Assembly (NCBI RefSeq): GCF_009914755.1
Contig: NC_060933.1
Strand: one strand, 5' to 3'
Length of the DNA stretch: 64,000 bases
From: the human T2T-CHM13v2.0 reference genome, Homo sapiens
Below, piece after piece: positions 29,769 through 42,089 of the stretch. The notes under the pieces were generated by a model. That model had not been told where the DNA came from. It worked only from the letters and a program-made list of their open reading frames with translations, and did no database searches. The number at the start of each line of letters is the position of its first letter. The stretch's first letter is position 1. A program made the position numbers and the translations under genes.

Positions 29769-31154
29769 CTGGAACAAAACATAGTGTCAGTCATTTCTTC
29801 ATGTTCCTTGAAGCACAATAAGATATTCATTATGTTATCTTTTCCTGTCACATTAGACACTCATTTATCAGAATGCTCAACACAAAGGAAAGAAGTATAA
29901 ACTCTTCACCTCTATAATTTACATCTGAGGGATTAATATAGCACCTGTATAAGTCAAAGGGACCATCTATATTTTATCTCCTATAAAATCTTCCTTATAA
30001 AAGGTTATTTATTACTTGAGCACAATCATTCCTATCCATTTGGTATAAGTAATTGATGCGTTAATTTAAGAAGCCATTTTCCATATAGTGTCCTTGGAAA
30101 CAGTAAATCAAAATACATTTTTAAACTCCAGAGAGAAGCTGATGTTGAAAATAATTCATTTTCTGAATTCCTTTTTTTTTTTTTAACCATGAAAAGGAAT
30201 CTCAGTAGGAAACAGAATGTGATAATGCAATTGCATTAGTTTTATGCCTATGCTCTTTTGTATTTCTCAACTTGAGAGACACTGATAAAGAACACTGATG
30301 TTTTCTCAAACGCACCAGAGTGTTGCTACTATGGAAATAGACCGCTTGACCTCATGATAAAAATTATAGGCTTGACGAAAACCATAGAGCAGGGCTCCTG
30401 TATGAATGGAATGTGCCAGGTAGGGTCTTGTACTGCACACAAATAGAGCTACTGACCTTTAGTATTTTAGCCTTGCTCCAGTTTGGTAGACAACTGGGTG
30501 GTTGTAAGGAACTCTAAAAATGCAAGAGATGCAGCACTGTAGCAGTCTTCTTGTGGCTTGTGCAGTCTTTGATTTGTCTATGTCTGCCTCCCCAAGATTT
30601 GGAGTTTGTTGCTGAACTGAATTCATGATGAAGATCCTGCAATTTGGTGACCTCCTTTTTGATGCTCACTGCTTATCTGAATCTTCAAAACCAGGATTGA
30701 CCAGGTCAATAAAACCTATTTCTTGATCTAACTGCCAGAGTACCCATTTACCTCTTGTTGTACCTACTTGGTATTAATTGCTTGCTTGGATCATCACCTG
30801 ATGCCTGGTAACACCCTCTGTGAATGAATCATGTGGCTCCCTGTATTTTGGTAAATGCAGTGAAATCTGTCTTCTGGTGTCAAGCTTGGAACCACTTATT
30901 TTGTCTCATCTTGCTAATACTCATTTAGCTTAAGAGTTTTTTCTATGCAGTACGATGTGAAGGGCTCAAGAAAGTCCCACCAGAATTGCTTAATGTAAAT
31001 CAAACCTTAAGAGCAAATATCATTCTCTCCTTGTAGCCCTTTTTAATCTCAGATCATTCTGGAATCCACTTTATCACCTTCATTTCTTCTGCTACTGCCA
31101 CAATAAACTTTCATCAGTTCTCACTTAGATAATAACTTCCTGAATATGGATCTT

Positions 31155-31620
31155 GTGCCAGGTGAAAACAGATGGCACTTTCAAATTAGGGTAACTTGAG
31201 TAGAGCTTAATAAAGAACTCATTTATAAAAGTGTGGGCTGTATGTGGGGAAACCACAAGGAAGGTATGATGGAGTTGATACCATCTCTAGACTTGCAGGG
31301 ATGAGGGGAGTGAGCAGTTACTGACATCTAAGAGTCAGATATATAGTGGGCCTCTTGGAGAGGAGCAATGATCTTGGTTTGGGAGTCACAGGTAGCGTAA
31401 GATGGCAGCACAGATGGAAGTCTGAGGATAAAGGATAAACCCCGCTCATCTTCTCCCTTACCTCTGGTTTCTTGACTAGACTACCTATGGGACAAACCTC
31501 ACTGGAAGCCTGAGTGCTTTGGAGCCTGTCAATGAACTCCATCAGGCTAGTTGCCAGGGGAATAGGATAGGAAAGAAAGAGTGAGTCTAAAGGAAAAACG
31601 GAAGAGATCCAGCTAACACT
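31155..31620 (-). mobile_element. Old ERVL-class LTR (LTR33-like)
   Basis: ttaataaagaactcatttataaaagtgtgggc...ggggaaaccacaagg resembles the recalled consensus; strand and family tentative. Confidence 0.4.
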
Positions 31621-32122
31621 CTTATGCATACTTAATGGGGTTTGAAATTAGATTTGAGTCCTATCTCTACCTAGATGTATAATTCTAGACCGATAACTTT
31701 TATAAATCTTGATATCATTATCTGTACAACAGAGATAATACATTCTTCTGAGTTTTGTTAAATTAAATCGCATAGCATACCTGGAGGCTATAATATTAAC
31801 AAAAGTGTCAACAGCTCTCCTGTTGAAATACAAAAATAAATCAACAAACACATATATGCTCCAGTCATGCTGAGCTCTTCACCACTTGTTCTAATTGATC
31901 ATGTATTTTCAAACTTCTGCACTTTCGTAAGGGTTGTTCCCTCCGCTTAAGAATGATTTCTCTTCCTACATTTCAACCCTGATTTGCCTAGAAAACTCTT
32001 GCTCATATTTTACAATCTATGAGATATGATCTGAAGGCTTTCTCCAGCTTTTTAATCAAGAAAAGGTGACCATTCCCTTCTTGTTCTTCCATGGCACACA
32101 GCTCTCCACAAATCACTTAGAC

Positions 32123-32353
32123 CTGGGGGTGGGCAAGCTTTTGGCTTCCCTGGGCCACACCAGAAAAAAAAAGAGTTGTCTTGGGCTACACATAAGATAC
32201 ACTAACACTAATGACAGCTGATGAGAAAAAGAAAATTCCAAAAAAATCTCATGTTTTCTCATGTTTTAAGAAAATTTGTGAATTTGTGTTGGGCTACATT
32301 CAAAGCCGTCCTGGGCCGCATGCTGCCTGTGGGCTACAGGATGGACAAGCTTG
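32123..32353 (+). mobile_element. MER30 (hAT-Charlie MITE)
   Basis: cttttggcttccctgggccacac...ttgtcttgggctacacataa...ggacaagcttg; degenerate 8-bp TSD acttagac/atttagat. Confidence 0.9.
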
Positions 32354-32494
32354 ATTTAGATCATGCCTGGCTTCCTATATGACTATGAGGGAAGGGAAAA
32401 GCTATGTCTGACAGATTTGTATGCTCAAAAGGTGGTTCACAGCCAGGTTCTTAATATTCAATAAACATTAAGTGAATGAAGAAATATGTGTATC

Positions 32495-32780
32495 TTATTT
32501 TAGACAGTCTCACTCTGATGCCCAGGCTGAAGGGCAGTGGCATGATCTCAGCTCGCTGCAATTTCTGCCTCTTGGGTTCAAGTGATTCTCCTGCCTAAGC
32601 CTCCCAAGTAGCTGGGATTACAGGAACCCAGCACCACGCCTGGGTAATTTTTGTATTTTTAGTAGAGATGGAGTTTCGCCGTATTGGCCAGGCTGTTCTT
32701 GAACTCCTGACATCAAGTGATCCACCGGCCTCAGCCTCCCAAAGTGCTAGGATTACTGGCGTGAGCCACTGAGCCCAGCC
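32495..32780 (-). mobile_element. AluSx/Sz
   Basis: Full dimer, short tail, TSD-like atgtgtat on both sides. Confidence 0.92.
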
Positions 32781-33249
32781 AAATGTGTATATCTATAATA
32801 AATTTGTCACAATGTAAGGAAAGGGTTCAGTAACTTCAATCCTCTTTTCCCAAAGGACAGATCGGCCTGTGACAACTGGTGCATGGTGGAGAGTAGAACA
32901 ACTCTGAAGAAGAGGTCCCAAAGGAAACTCCAGTCACTTTTGTAACTTTTCTCTGGGAAGCCTTGCTGGAAAATTCATGTCATTCATTCCAAGGTTGCCA
33001 AAAGCACTACAATTGATTGATTTCCAGAAGAAAAATCAGTAGTTATTAGCTAACTATGACAACAAATACTTCTGTGTATATCTAATGTATTTGAATGATT
33101 TAAAATAAAGAGTTGAATCTCCAACATTTTCTGAAAGCCCAGCCAAAAGTTCTACCCCACAATTGTTAAAACATTTATTCCATTTTGTGACTAGGTAATG
33201 AATTCCTGTGAATCATGAATCTAAGCCACAGGAAATAGTACACAGGACA

Positions 33250-33970
33250 AAATATTACTCTCACACTTGCCTCCATGCTTCCCATTTCCCACCCTCACCA
33301 AAACCACATTGATTGGCATCTGTGTGTCTTTGCAAAATTTCCTTCTGGAAATACAAACGAATACAACCATACATATATTCTTATTCTCCACCTCCTTTAA
33401 AAAAATTCAATGATTTACCAATATTATGGGTCTTACATTTTTCACTTAAAGTTAGGGGGGCATTATATCAGTAAATAAAAAGCATCTTCATCATCTTCAT
33501 TATTTTCAGCTTTATGTTTTTCTATTTTACTGATATACCATAATTTAACCAGCACTCTCCCCAAAACGATTTAAAAAACCCCTTTACCTATTAAAGAGTT
33601 TATAATAAATTACTATTTATGCATCAATTTGTATATAAGATGTACATCTGTAGAATAGATTTCTATAAGTATGTGTAGGAAGGTCAAGGGGCAAATGAAT
33701 CTGTAACTATCAGATATAGTGCCCAATTTCCTTCCTTGAGAATCAAACTAATTTGTGCTTCTACCGACAATCTACAAGATTGCTTGGGTGGGCCGACTTC
33801 TACAATTTTGCAAATCTTACAGGTGAAAAGTTTTATATCAATGCTATTTTAATTAGCATTTAAAAAATTATAAGGTAGTTTGAGCATGTTTTCATAATAT
33901 TTAAAGACATTTGTGTGTATTTTTCTGTGAAATTTGTTAATAGCTTTGCCATTTTTTATCCAAGTTGCAA
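33250..33970 (-). mobile_element. L1ME-type 3' fragment
   Basis: taccataatttaaccag...ttttgcaaatcttacaggtgaaaag...gagcatgttttcata. Confidence 0.5.
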
Positions 33971-34135
33971 TTTATAACATTCTTTATCATCCTATACATT
34001 TTCAAAATGAATGAAAGCCATTAACTACGTCAGCAAAACATTGCTCTGAGTTGTTTTTTTTTTTTTTTAAAGCTTTTGTCCCAAGCTTTTCTTGCAATCC
34101 CATATATGAAAACTGAAAATCACAAAGCGGTGCCA

Positions 34136-34168
34136 CAGTGCCCTCTGGTGGCATTCTGCTCCATTGCA
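34136..34168 (-). promoter_or_regulatory. CTCF motif, core plus upstream module
   Basis: Minus strand: TGCAAT-GGAGCAGAATG-CCACCAGAGGGCACTG; consensus core in non-repeat sequence. Confidence 0.75.
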
Positions 34169-34571
34169 TCTTCCCTGCACTAACTCGGGGCAAAAGCTGA
34201 TAGTGGATATAGCTGGATGTCAGTCTTACATAGGCTGTTAGCCTACCCAAGTCTCCTTGGTCCTGAGACAATATCGTAGTACAATCAAACTCAAAATGAA
34301 GACATATTAGATCTGTTTTAACCCTTAAAGAACCAGATTAGTACCTGGAACTTGTTAGATATCCTAATAGGCAGGATTCATCTCCTTCCTAGTTGTTACA
34401 AAAGATGGCCTTGGAATATTTTGTCAGAGGGCTGCAGTGGAGGTTTATTCTAGGCAGTCAGGCTCTGCTTCATTTTCCCCTGTACAGTAGTCAGATTAAA
34501 AGGGCTATCATCACTCTCTGGAATTTTTAGTATTCAATGTATCACAACGTCAGGTCAGTAAGAAGTTTGAA

Positions 34572-34930
34572 ATTCATTCATTCATTCATTCCCAAAATAT
34601 TTGAAATACTATGTGTAGTGTTCTAAGTATTTGTCAATTATGTTATTGAACAAATCAACAAAAATTACTGTCTTCATGGAACATATCTTCTAGTTGGAGG
34701 AGACAATGAATAGCGAACATGTAATTAAGCAAATAATATGCTATATTAGAAGATATTAGAAGCTGTGGGTTTGTGGCTGTTAGATGGCGATATTTTAGTT
34801 TAAAATAAAAGTGTAGTCATTTCAAGAAAGCAACATCTGAATAAGAATTTGAAGGAGGTACAGAAGCTAATTGTGCAGTTCTCTAGAGGAAGAGCCTTCT
34901 AGGAAGTAGAAACAGCCTTAAACCCATAGC
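34572..34930 (-). mobile_element. L2 3' end
   Basis: (cattc)n start, tactatgtgtagtgttctaag, aattactgtcttcatggaacatatcttctag. Confidence 0.7.
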
Positions 34931-34939
34931 ATGCTTGGT

Positions 34940-35455
34940 AAGTACAGTAGACAACTGAAAAATCCTTTTTCAGGATTAAAGGATTCTTTTTTTCCAAGCT
35001 GCTGGGAGTGCTGCTGGACTGCTAGCCCCAGCTCTCATCCCAATCTGCAAATTGCCCTAAGCTGTCCATGCTCCTTCACCAATGTCTCACTAAATATATC
35101 TTCCTACATATTTCATTAACAGCTCCATTTTACTTTTTCTTGATTTTTATCTTCATGTCAGAGTATCTAAAAGTTGGAAAACTCAAGGCTTTAGTCTTCT
35201 TTTCTTTTAAATGAGCCCAACGACTGGTAAATACAGAGGAGAAAGGCTTAGCCTGTTAGTCACAAGACAGAAAACCTTCCAGTGACGTTGGCTGAAGCCT
35301 TTGTTGAGATTGCATTGCAGCTCATCTTTCCTGTTTGCCCATTCTTGCTTTGTTCCCTTCTCTTTCACAGATGTCAATCACTACAAAACTCCTTAACAAC
35401 CTATAGTAGATATCTACTTATAACAATCTGTCTCAGTCCACCTATTTGAGGAGTA
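34940..35455 (+). mobile_element. LTR16-like ERVL LTR carrying a foreign insert
   Basis: ttcaggattaaaggattc...ccaagctgctgggagtgctgc...aattgccctaagctg / cccaacgactggtaaat...ctgtttgcccattcttgctt. Confidence 0.6.
35100..35212 (-). repeat. Inverted copy of 36531-36644
   Basis: Reverse complement aligns over 114 positions with 7 mismatches and 1 indel. Confidence 0.95.
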
Positions 35456-35489
35456 GTAAGGTATCCAGTGTGCAGCTGACAACTCGATA

Positions 35490-36850
35490 CAACATTTATT
35501 CATTATTTCCATAAACATTTTTTGAGTATCTACTATGTGCTAGCACTAAGGCTGGCACTTAAAATACAGGAGTACAAATAAAATGCACACACATTTCTTT
35601 CTCCATATGAAGCTTTAATTATAGTAGAGAGTACAAAAATTAAATAAGATTAATAAAAAGATTAATAAAAAGATTTTTTTAATATGGGAATGAGGTAAAT
35701 TCTTACTAAGGCAACATTTGAGTGAAGACCTGAAGGAAAAAAGGGAGTCAGGCATGTGTATAACTGGGTGAAGAGTATTCCAAGAATAGGCCACATGAAG
35801 AGCAAAGTCTAAGAAGAGAGCATACATAGATTGCTTAAAAACAGCAAGAAATCCAGCTTTTTTTTTTCCAGTGGATTGAATGAGGGAAAGACATGAGGAG
35901 AGTAGGTCAGGGTAATGAGGAGACACATAATCTAAATTTGAGTAAGTTATTTTAAAAACTGGAGACATTAGCTTTTACTTCAAATGAAATGGAAAGCCAG
36001 TGGGGTATTTTTTGAGTAGAAAGCAGAGAAGGTCCAGTTTGGCCAGATGTAGAGATGAGACTGAAGGAAGTTAAAATGAGAAGCAGAAAAACAACAAAAA
36101 GGCCTACTGTAAAAGTCTAGAAAAGAGATGAATATGACCAGACAAGTAGTGGAGAGGTGTTGAGAGGTAGCTAGAATATGGATTTGTCTGAAGGTAAAAA
36201 GAATTTGTGAGCAGATTTGATGTGGTATGTTAAAAGAAATTGATAAAGTATAACTGTATAGTTTTAGATCTATGTAAGAGGTTACCATTTTTCAGTTAAA
36301 GTTGATTACCAAGATAGTGGCTTGGATGGGATTATTAGGAGATCCACGTGGAAGTGTCAGTTGTAAGATGCCCGTTAGGCATTTGAATAAAACTAATAGG
36401 GAGGTAAATAAACCTGAGATTACGGAGAAAATATGCCTGGAAGCATAAATTTGGAAGTTATTAGGATATAGGTGGTATTATAAACATAGAGATCACATGA
36501 GGTCACCAAAGGGTGATGAAAGGAAAAGAGATTTAAAAGAAAAGAAGACTAAAGCCTTGGGTAGTCCAACTTTTAGATACTGGTGATATGAAGATAAAAA
36601 TCAAGAAGAAGTAAAATGGAGCTGTTAATGAAATATGCAGGAAGTCAGAGAGTGGGGTCCCAGAAGCCAACCAAAAACAGTGATTCAAAAAGAAGTGTTC
36701 TCCTGTGTCCAAGGTGGCAGTTAAGTAATGCAAGTTGAAGAATTGCACATTGCACATGCAACACAGAGCTCATGGGTGACCATGACAAGATGTGCTCTAG
36801 TAAAATTGGAGGAGGATGCTGGATTGTAATCAAGATAATTTAAGAGGGGA
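35490..36850 (-). mobile_element. L2 (long fragment)
   Basis: catttattcatt...gagtatctactatgtgctagcac...ggcaacatttgagtgaagacctgaagg...cagaagccaa. Confidence 0.8.
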
Positions 36851-36854
36851 GAAA

Positions 36855-37190
36855 TTAGAGTACCTACATATATTATTTTCACACATAAATAGAACACTTC
36901 TGAAAGTCAACCAGATTTATGCTGAAAAGCAAACCTTAATACAGTTCCAAAAATTGAAATCCAATAGACCATGTTCTCTGACCATAATCAAAATAAGTTA
37001 AAAATCAGAAACAAAGAGCACACACACAAATCTATACGTACCTGAAATATTTTTTAAAAGATGGTTACTGACATTTGTAAATAACCAAAGAACTATTATT
37101 GTAAAATTTAAAATGATACAAATTAAATGATATAAAATTTAAAATGATACAAATTAAATGATATAAAAACTACTATATGTTAGAACTTGA
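36855..37190 (+). mobile_element. L1M ORF2 (EN-region) fragment
   Basis: aattgaaatccaatagaccatgttctctgaccataatc. Confidence 0.55.
37102..37168. repeat. Perfect 31-bp tandem duplication
   Basis: taaaatttaaaatgatacaaattaaatgata x2 plus taaaa. Confidence 0.95.
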
Positions 37191-38448
37191 GGAAGCCTTT
37201 TGGATCCTTTCCCAGTTGGGAAAGTCATCCTTCACTTTCCCAAGCTGGACACTGTTTACAGAGGAGTACTTAAATCTGCCATGCATACTAAATCATTACC
37301 TTGTACCTTCTAAGATAATAAGGCTTTGTGGTTTTCTTCTTCACTAGATTGCAAGCAGCTTAAACACAAGCAATTATACATCTTGCTCATTCTCAGCACT
37401 TGGCAAAATACCTAGAAAATAGGTGGTACTCAATACTTGCTTATTTAATGAATGGGTAAAAATGTGTGGACAATTAATCATGTTACAATAAGTATAACTG
37501 AGAGATGCACAAAGCACTACATATGGCTGAAAACATCTAGCTTAGTGAGTGGCATGTAAGAGGTTATACGTTAAATTGTGTCAAATTAATTAAAAAATAA
37601 ACTCCCTCTTCAAAGTAGCTGCAAAATAAACTTACAGAAAGAGTGCAGGGTTCAATAGCTGATTATTAGTCCCCAGTAGGGATCCACTTCTGATTCTGGC
37701 TGTGACTTTTTGCCTGGATCTTACCGAGGCACACTCTTTTTGCAAAGGGAAACATATTCTTTCCTTACTGCAGGTCTCCAGACCACTGCTCCCCCAACCC
37801 TCCTGCATCGACACTGGCTTCTGGGAGAACAGCTTGATCAGAGGAAAAACTGGGAACTATCTCGCACAATACAGAGACCCTCTAATGTAGTAACAGACAT
37901 CTAAGCTCTAAAAGCACAAATGTTGTTTTACTTCAACTCATGCCTAAAATATCAAGGGATTTTAACGATAGAATTAAAGCAAAACTCAAGTAGTTCCACT
38001 GAAACTTAAAATATGCTTTAATTGAAGTGCAATATTATGTGAAGCAGAACTATGAATATTTGCTGACACATTATCATTTTTACAATGCAAATGACAGAAT
38101 GAATAACGATTATATATATTAAAATCCTGATTTTGGAAGCCATGCATAGAGTTCTATTTGCTTGTGAAGATCAGAAAATGCCTTAGAAAAATGAAGTTTT
38201 TATCCCAAGAGCCCCAAAATACCACAAAAGAAATGATCTTTTTATAAAAAATAACTTGGAAGAACTGAAAAGTTGACACGTCCCTTTATCATGTATTCCT
38301 ATATGTACAAGAGGCATATTCAGTACAATGAGTAGTTCAGCTATACAGATACTCTCTCATTTAGTTTTCAGTAAGGTACTTTGGAATATAATGGTACATT
38401 TTAGATATCCAAATTCTTTTCTAGTTATACTTAACATGTGCTCTGGAG

Positions 38449-38810
38449 ATTATATATATATTTTATATATATATTATATATATTATATATGTATTATATA
38501 TATAATATATATTATATATATTATATATATATTATATATATTTTATATACATATTATATATAATATATATTTTATATATATATTATATATATATTATATA
38601 TTTTATATATTTTTATATATACTATATATTATATATATTTTATATATATTATATATATTTTATATATATAATATATATATTATATATATTTTATATATAA
38701 TATATATATTATATATATATTTTATATATATATTATATATATATTATATATATAATATATATATTTTATATATATATATTTTAAATATATATTTTATATA
38801 TATATATATA
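38449..38810. repeat. ~360-bp interrupted (TA)n / AT-only tract
   Basis: Almost exclusively A/T, built from tatata, ttttata and attata units. Confidence 0.97.
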
Positions 38811-40599
38811 CACCATGGCATGTAGGTAGTAAAAGGTCAAGTTAGATTTTCGTTCTGATTTTTGGTTCTAAGGACTAAAATACTTGAAGTTAGCACTGTT
38901 GTGAGAAGTTCATCTTCCAAGAGACTTTTCCTATAACATGTATGAACCTAAAAAAAATCCATAAAGAGATTCAAGTAATGGTGCCTACTAAGCTTATTTT
39001 GTTAAATCAGCCATCCCTGACAGTGAATATATCTATTTTTAGATAGAATGAATCAAGAAAGACAGCCTTATAGGGAGCAGATCAGTAGGGAACTTCATTT
39101 GTCTAGAAGTTATCTACGAGTTTCCTTGTTGCAGGAATATCCTGGTAGCAAGATTTTTTTCTTCTTGACTTTATGAAGAAGGGAGATAGATGAAGAAAGG
39201 TAAAAATGAAGACAGAGGAAAAAGGAGAAAGCTCAGAACATGAAGAGTAGTCAAGATTTTTATTGTTGATTATAAAATGTGTTACTATTTATTTGCCTTA
39301 TGGGGTCTGCTCATCATTCAGGGCCCTATTCAAAGTCACCTTCCTTGTGAACATGAGGCTATCCTCCTAAAGCACAGTTTTTGTTCTATTACTATACTTA
39401 TGAACTGCACTGCCATTCTCTATCAACACGACTTTCACTGTATCTCAATTTTTAAAAAATGTGACTATCTTCCCTCAATAGATTGGGATATTCTAGGAAG
39501 GGATGTGTATTCCTTATTGCTGCCACTCTTCTCCCAAAATTTGGCCTCACCGTACTCCATTCCCAATATCAAACAACATGCCTGAAAAAGAATAAGTCTT
39601 ACTGAATCTTTGGCAAATAAATGGCAGGTGATGAACATTTTAAAAAATGTGAGACATAAAGGATAATAAAAGTAAAATGTAGAGATAAATTAAAAGTCCA
39701 ATAGCTGCACTTTTAGCCTCAACTCTTTAGTGATTGGCTTATGTATCTGATGACACAATATTCTGCAAAACCTTTTTTCCCCAAAGGTTAAATTTTAAGG
39801 GTAAGTATGCAATACTTAGCCAAAATTGTAAGAAGTGTATTCACTTAATTTCTGTAATCCAATGGCAGTAATTCTAGGGGCATTGTTAAAAAGATAAGAG
39901 AAAGGAGATTTATTAGCCTAACCCAATAAATAGGTAGTATTATATTAGATCTGATCTCAACAGTAGGTATAAGGGCAAAAAAGATTGAGTAGAGACAAAT
40001 TTTATGACAATAAAAAGATAATTGCAAAGAATAAGATATGGCAGTCAAATTTTGAGCTATTTGAAATATAAATAAAGCAGTAGCATTATCTAAATAAATT
40101 AATATTACAGTGCAATGAGAAACACTATATCTGATGCAATGTCAGCATGGGGGGGCCTAAGATTTCTGTGGTGGGATAAAGGGTGAAGAATACGAGAAAA
40201 CAAGATGTAGAGCAAAAATTATAAGAATTGTTCATATGTCTCAAAATCAGAGAAAGTTCAAACATAAGGGGAAGAGATGGAAGCAATTATTTTATGTTTA
40301 ATTACCTCCTCCATGATCTGTAGAAAATATTCCTTAAAAAGTGTTTCATTAATGTTTATGAGTTTCTCATTTTTTATATTTTCCACAAAATGGTAGCCAT
40401 TTTCTAAACACTTTTTAGAGATTTTAAAAATTGAGACCAAAGCAGTGCATCTTACACACCAAGGCTTCCTAACCTTTAAAACATTATAAGACTTAAAAAT
40501 TATCTCCCATTAACACCTTCTTAATTATTTGATGAAATCCACATTCTATGATGTTTTTTATTTTTAAATTTAGTTGATTTTTACCAATAAGCAACAACT

Positions 40600-41150
40600 T
40601 ACTGATTGGGATAATCACTCTTGTTTTCCTTCCTCCATCTTCATGTGGATACTTCTTCTTTGCAACAGCCCTCGTAGGGAGTTAATGATTTATTTTCCCA
40701 GGGATAATGCTACTCACATACCAAAGGGAAAAATCATACGACCTAGGTTAAGCCAATCACTACATCCAGGCTCCTAGTCCTACTACGGAGTAGGCATTTT
40801 CTGAATCTCTACACTTTCATTGGAAACTCTGGCAAAGAAACAAACAAACAAACTAACAACAACAACAAAAAAAATGCTTTCTCATTCTTGACGAATGGGG
40901 AGCAAGTATGTAGACTCAGGTCATGTGTTATCTTCAGATCAGATGTGACATCAACTTTAGACTGAAGCCAACACTCTGAAGAGCAAGTAGAGATCAAAAT
41001 AAAGGAAATTGAATCTTTGATGACCGCATTGAGTTATTGAATCATGGCTCTTCTGAAGCCAGTATTATCAAAAAATTTGTTTGTAGGGTCAATAAATTTC
41101 CATTTTTCTGTAAGTCAGTGTGAAATTGATTTTTGTTTCTGCAACCAAGC
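40600..41150 (+). mobile_element. MLT1 (J/K/L-type) MaLR LTR
   Basis: ttaagccaatca...gactgaagccaacac...gtcaataaatttccattttt...taagtcagt...tgcaacc. Confidence 0.6.
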
Positions 41151-41244
41151 TATTTCCTTAAGTTTGATTCTTAACATAAAGTCTCTTAGTTATTCTTAAC
41201 GTACCATCATAGTCCAGCCCATAGATATCAGACACATTTCCTGT

Positions 41245-41879
41245 ATCACGTCAGGTTTCCCTGGCCTTGTTTTTTGTCCCAGCTGTCACTGTGACAACGA
41301 CCTTTGTGTGAACTGTGGCTGACTTTATGCTGACCTAACCTGATAATGATTTGTCTTAAACCTGTGCAACACACCTCTCGTCTTCTCTCTGGGACTTCCA
41401 TGTGACATCCAGATGGGGATGCTGTGAATTCTTGTTTAGACAGCAATTATGTGCAATGTAGAAGTGTGGGGAGTTCATTTCCCAAGAGGCACAACTTTGA
41501 CAAATGAGCTAGGGAAGCTGGTGGAGAAATTTCTCACTTTTCTTTATTTGGACCAACTGTCTTAAGACCTAGTTTATTTGGCTTTTAAGAAGAAAGTGGA
41601 GGCCGGGCGCGGTGGCTCACGCCTGTAATCCCAGCACTTTGGGAGGCCGAGGCGGGCGGATCACGAGGTCAGGAGATCGAGACCATCCTGGCTAACACGG
41701 TGAAACCCCGTCTCTACTAAAAATACAAAAAATTAGCCGGGCGAGGTGGTGGACGCCTGTAGTCCCAGCTACTTGGGAGGCTGAGGCAGGAGAATGGCGT
41801 GAACCCCAGGGGGCGGAGCCTGCAGTGAGCCGAGATCGCGCCACTGCACTCCAGCCTGGGCGACAGCGAGACTCCGTCT

Positions 41880-41920
<41 letters not shown>

Positions 41921-42089
41921 AGAAAGTGGAAGATCAAACTATCTTTTATACCCCTGAATCAATAATGCATCTTTTTATTATTTTCCTCATTTTTCCTTCC
42001 CTCATTCCTATTACATGGGAGTATGGTCTCAAATAACAGTAGCAGCACATAATTTCTGTTCTAATTTCTGGGAAAACTAGGTTAAAGCA
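41245..42089 (+). mobile_element. LTR16-like ERVL LTR interrupted by AluY
   Basis: aagtgtggggagtt...aactttgacaaatgag...ggagaaatttctc; ends tttctgggaaaactaggttaaagca. Confidence 0.6.
41601..41916 (+). mobile_element. Young AluY (AluYe5-like) with 14-bp TSD
   Basis: Near-consensus and CpG-rich; ggcgaggtgg, gaaccccagggggcggagcctg, gacagcgag; pure A tail; TSD aagaagaaagtgga at 41587-41600 and 41917-41930. Confidence 0.97.

Noticed and set aside
37774-37904. Plus-strand acceptor ttctttccttactgcag|G with short open frames
   Set aside because: No matching donor and no recognisable peptide; isolated signal
38328-38825. 165-aa Ile/Tyr-rich ORF
   Set aside because: Artefact of the (TA)n tract
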